Assembly (NCBI GenBank): GCA_963810095.1
Contig: CAWEMM010000006.1
Location: 896,001 to 960,000, forward strand
DNA: 64,000 nt
Source of the DNA: an uncultured Chloroflexia bacterium
Lineage (GTDB): Bacteria > Chloroflexota > Anaerolineae > CG2-30-64-16
Reading direction: 5' to 3'
The notes under the pieces are model-generated. The model saw nothing but the letters and a program-made list of their open reading frames with translations, made no database searches and was not told the origin of the DNA. Shown here piece after piece: positions 63,945-64,000 of this stretch. The position numbers were made by a program, and so were the translations under genes. Each line of letters begins with the position of its first letter. Position 1 is the first letter of the stretch.

Positions 63945-64000
63945 CCGCCTTCGATATCCGCCTCGCCACCTTGGAGGACGCTGCCGAGCTGGGCGGTTTT
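63941..64000 (+). CDS. Start of a probable GNAT protein (truncated by the window)
   Basis: MTAFDIRLATLEDAAEL, a typical GNAT N-terminus; overlaps the ctaA stop. Confidence 0.5.
   Translation, partial: MTAFDIRLATLEDAAELGGF

Overview
High-GC bacterial window, most likely Chloroflexota (Anaerolineae-like; inferred from the C-terminal xLPLV motif, DUF3090/DUF4349/DUF4173 content and REP-like palindrome families). The centrepiece is a ~24 kb + strand Wood-Ljungdahl cluster (18830-42488): Cys-rich two-CW module, His-His HMA protein, cooS/acsA, acsB, CBS protein, Fpr-type FNR, acsD, acsC, nfnAB, acsV, GNAT, cooC, higBA, Zn-ADH, HEAT protein, acsE, malic enzyme, CxxC-less TrxR-like flavoprotein, folD, metV and metF. 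No fhs or fdh is in the window. The most striking unannotated signal is the cluster leader (18575-18830). It has two GACGRT-loop hairpins, the second overlapping a strong intrinsic terminator (ANTAR-type antitermination architecture). It also has TGA-N6-TCA boxes at a fixed 35 bp from -10 elements, repeated at the nfnAB promoter. A soluble Cys-GAF/HisKA_2 kinase and a REC-ANTAR regulator lie ~5 kb upstream. The flanks carry housekeeping and accessory genes, including perR-katG and heme A synthase, suggesting an O2-tolerant or facultative WLP organism. Many genes carry single-base frameshifts, most likely long-read errors. No rRNA, tRNA, CRISPR array or transposase was recognised. All calls are by eye from motifs; no database searches were run.
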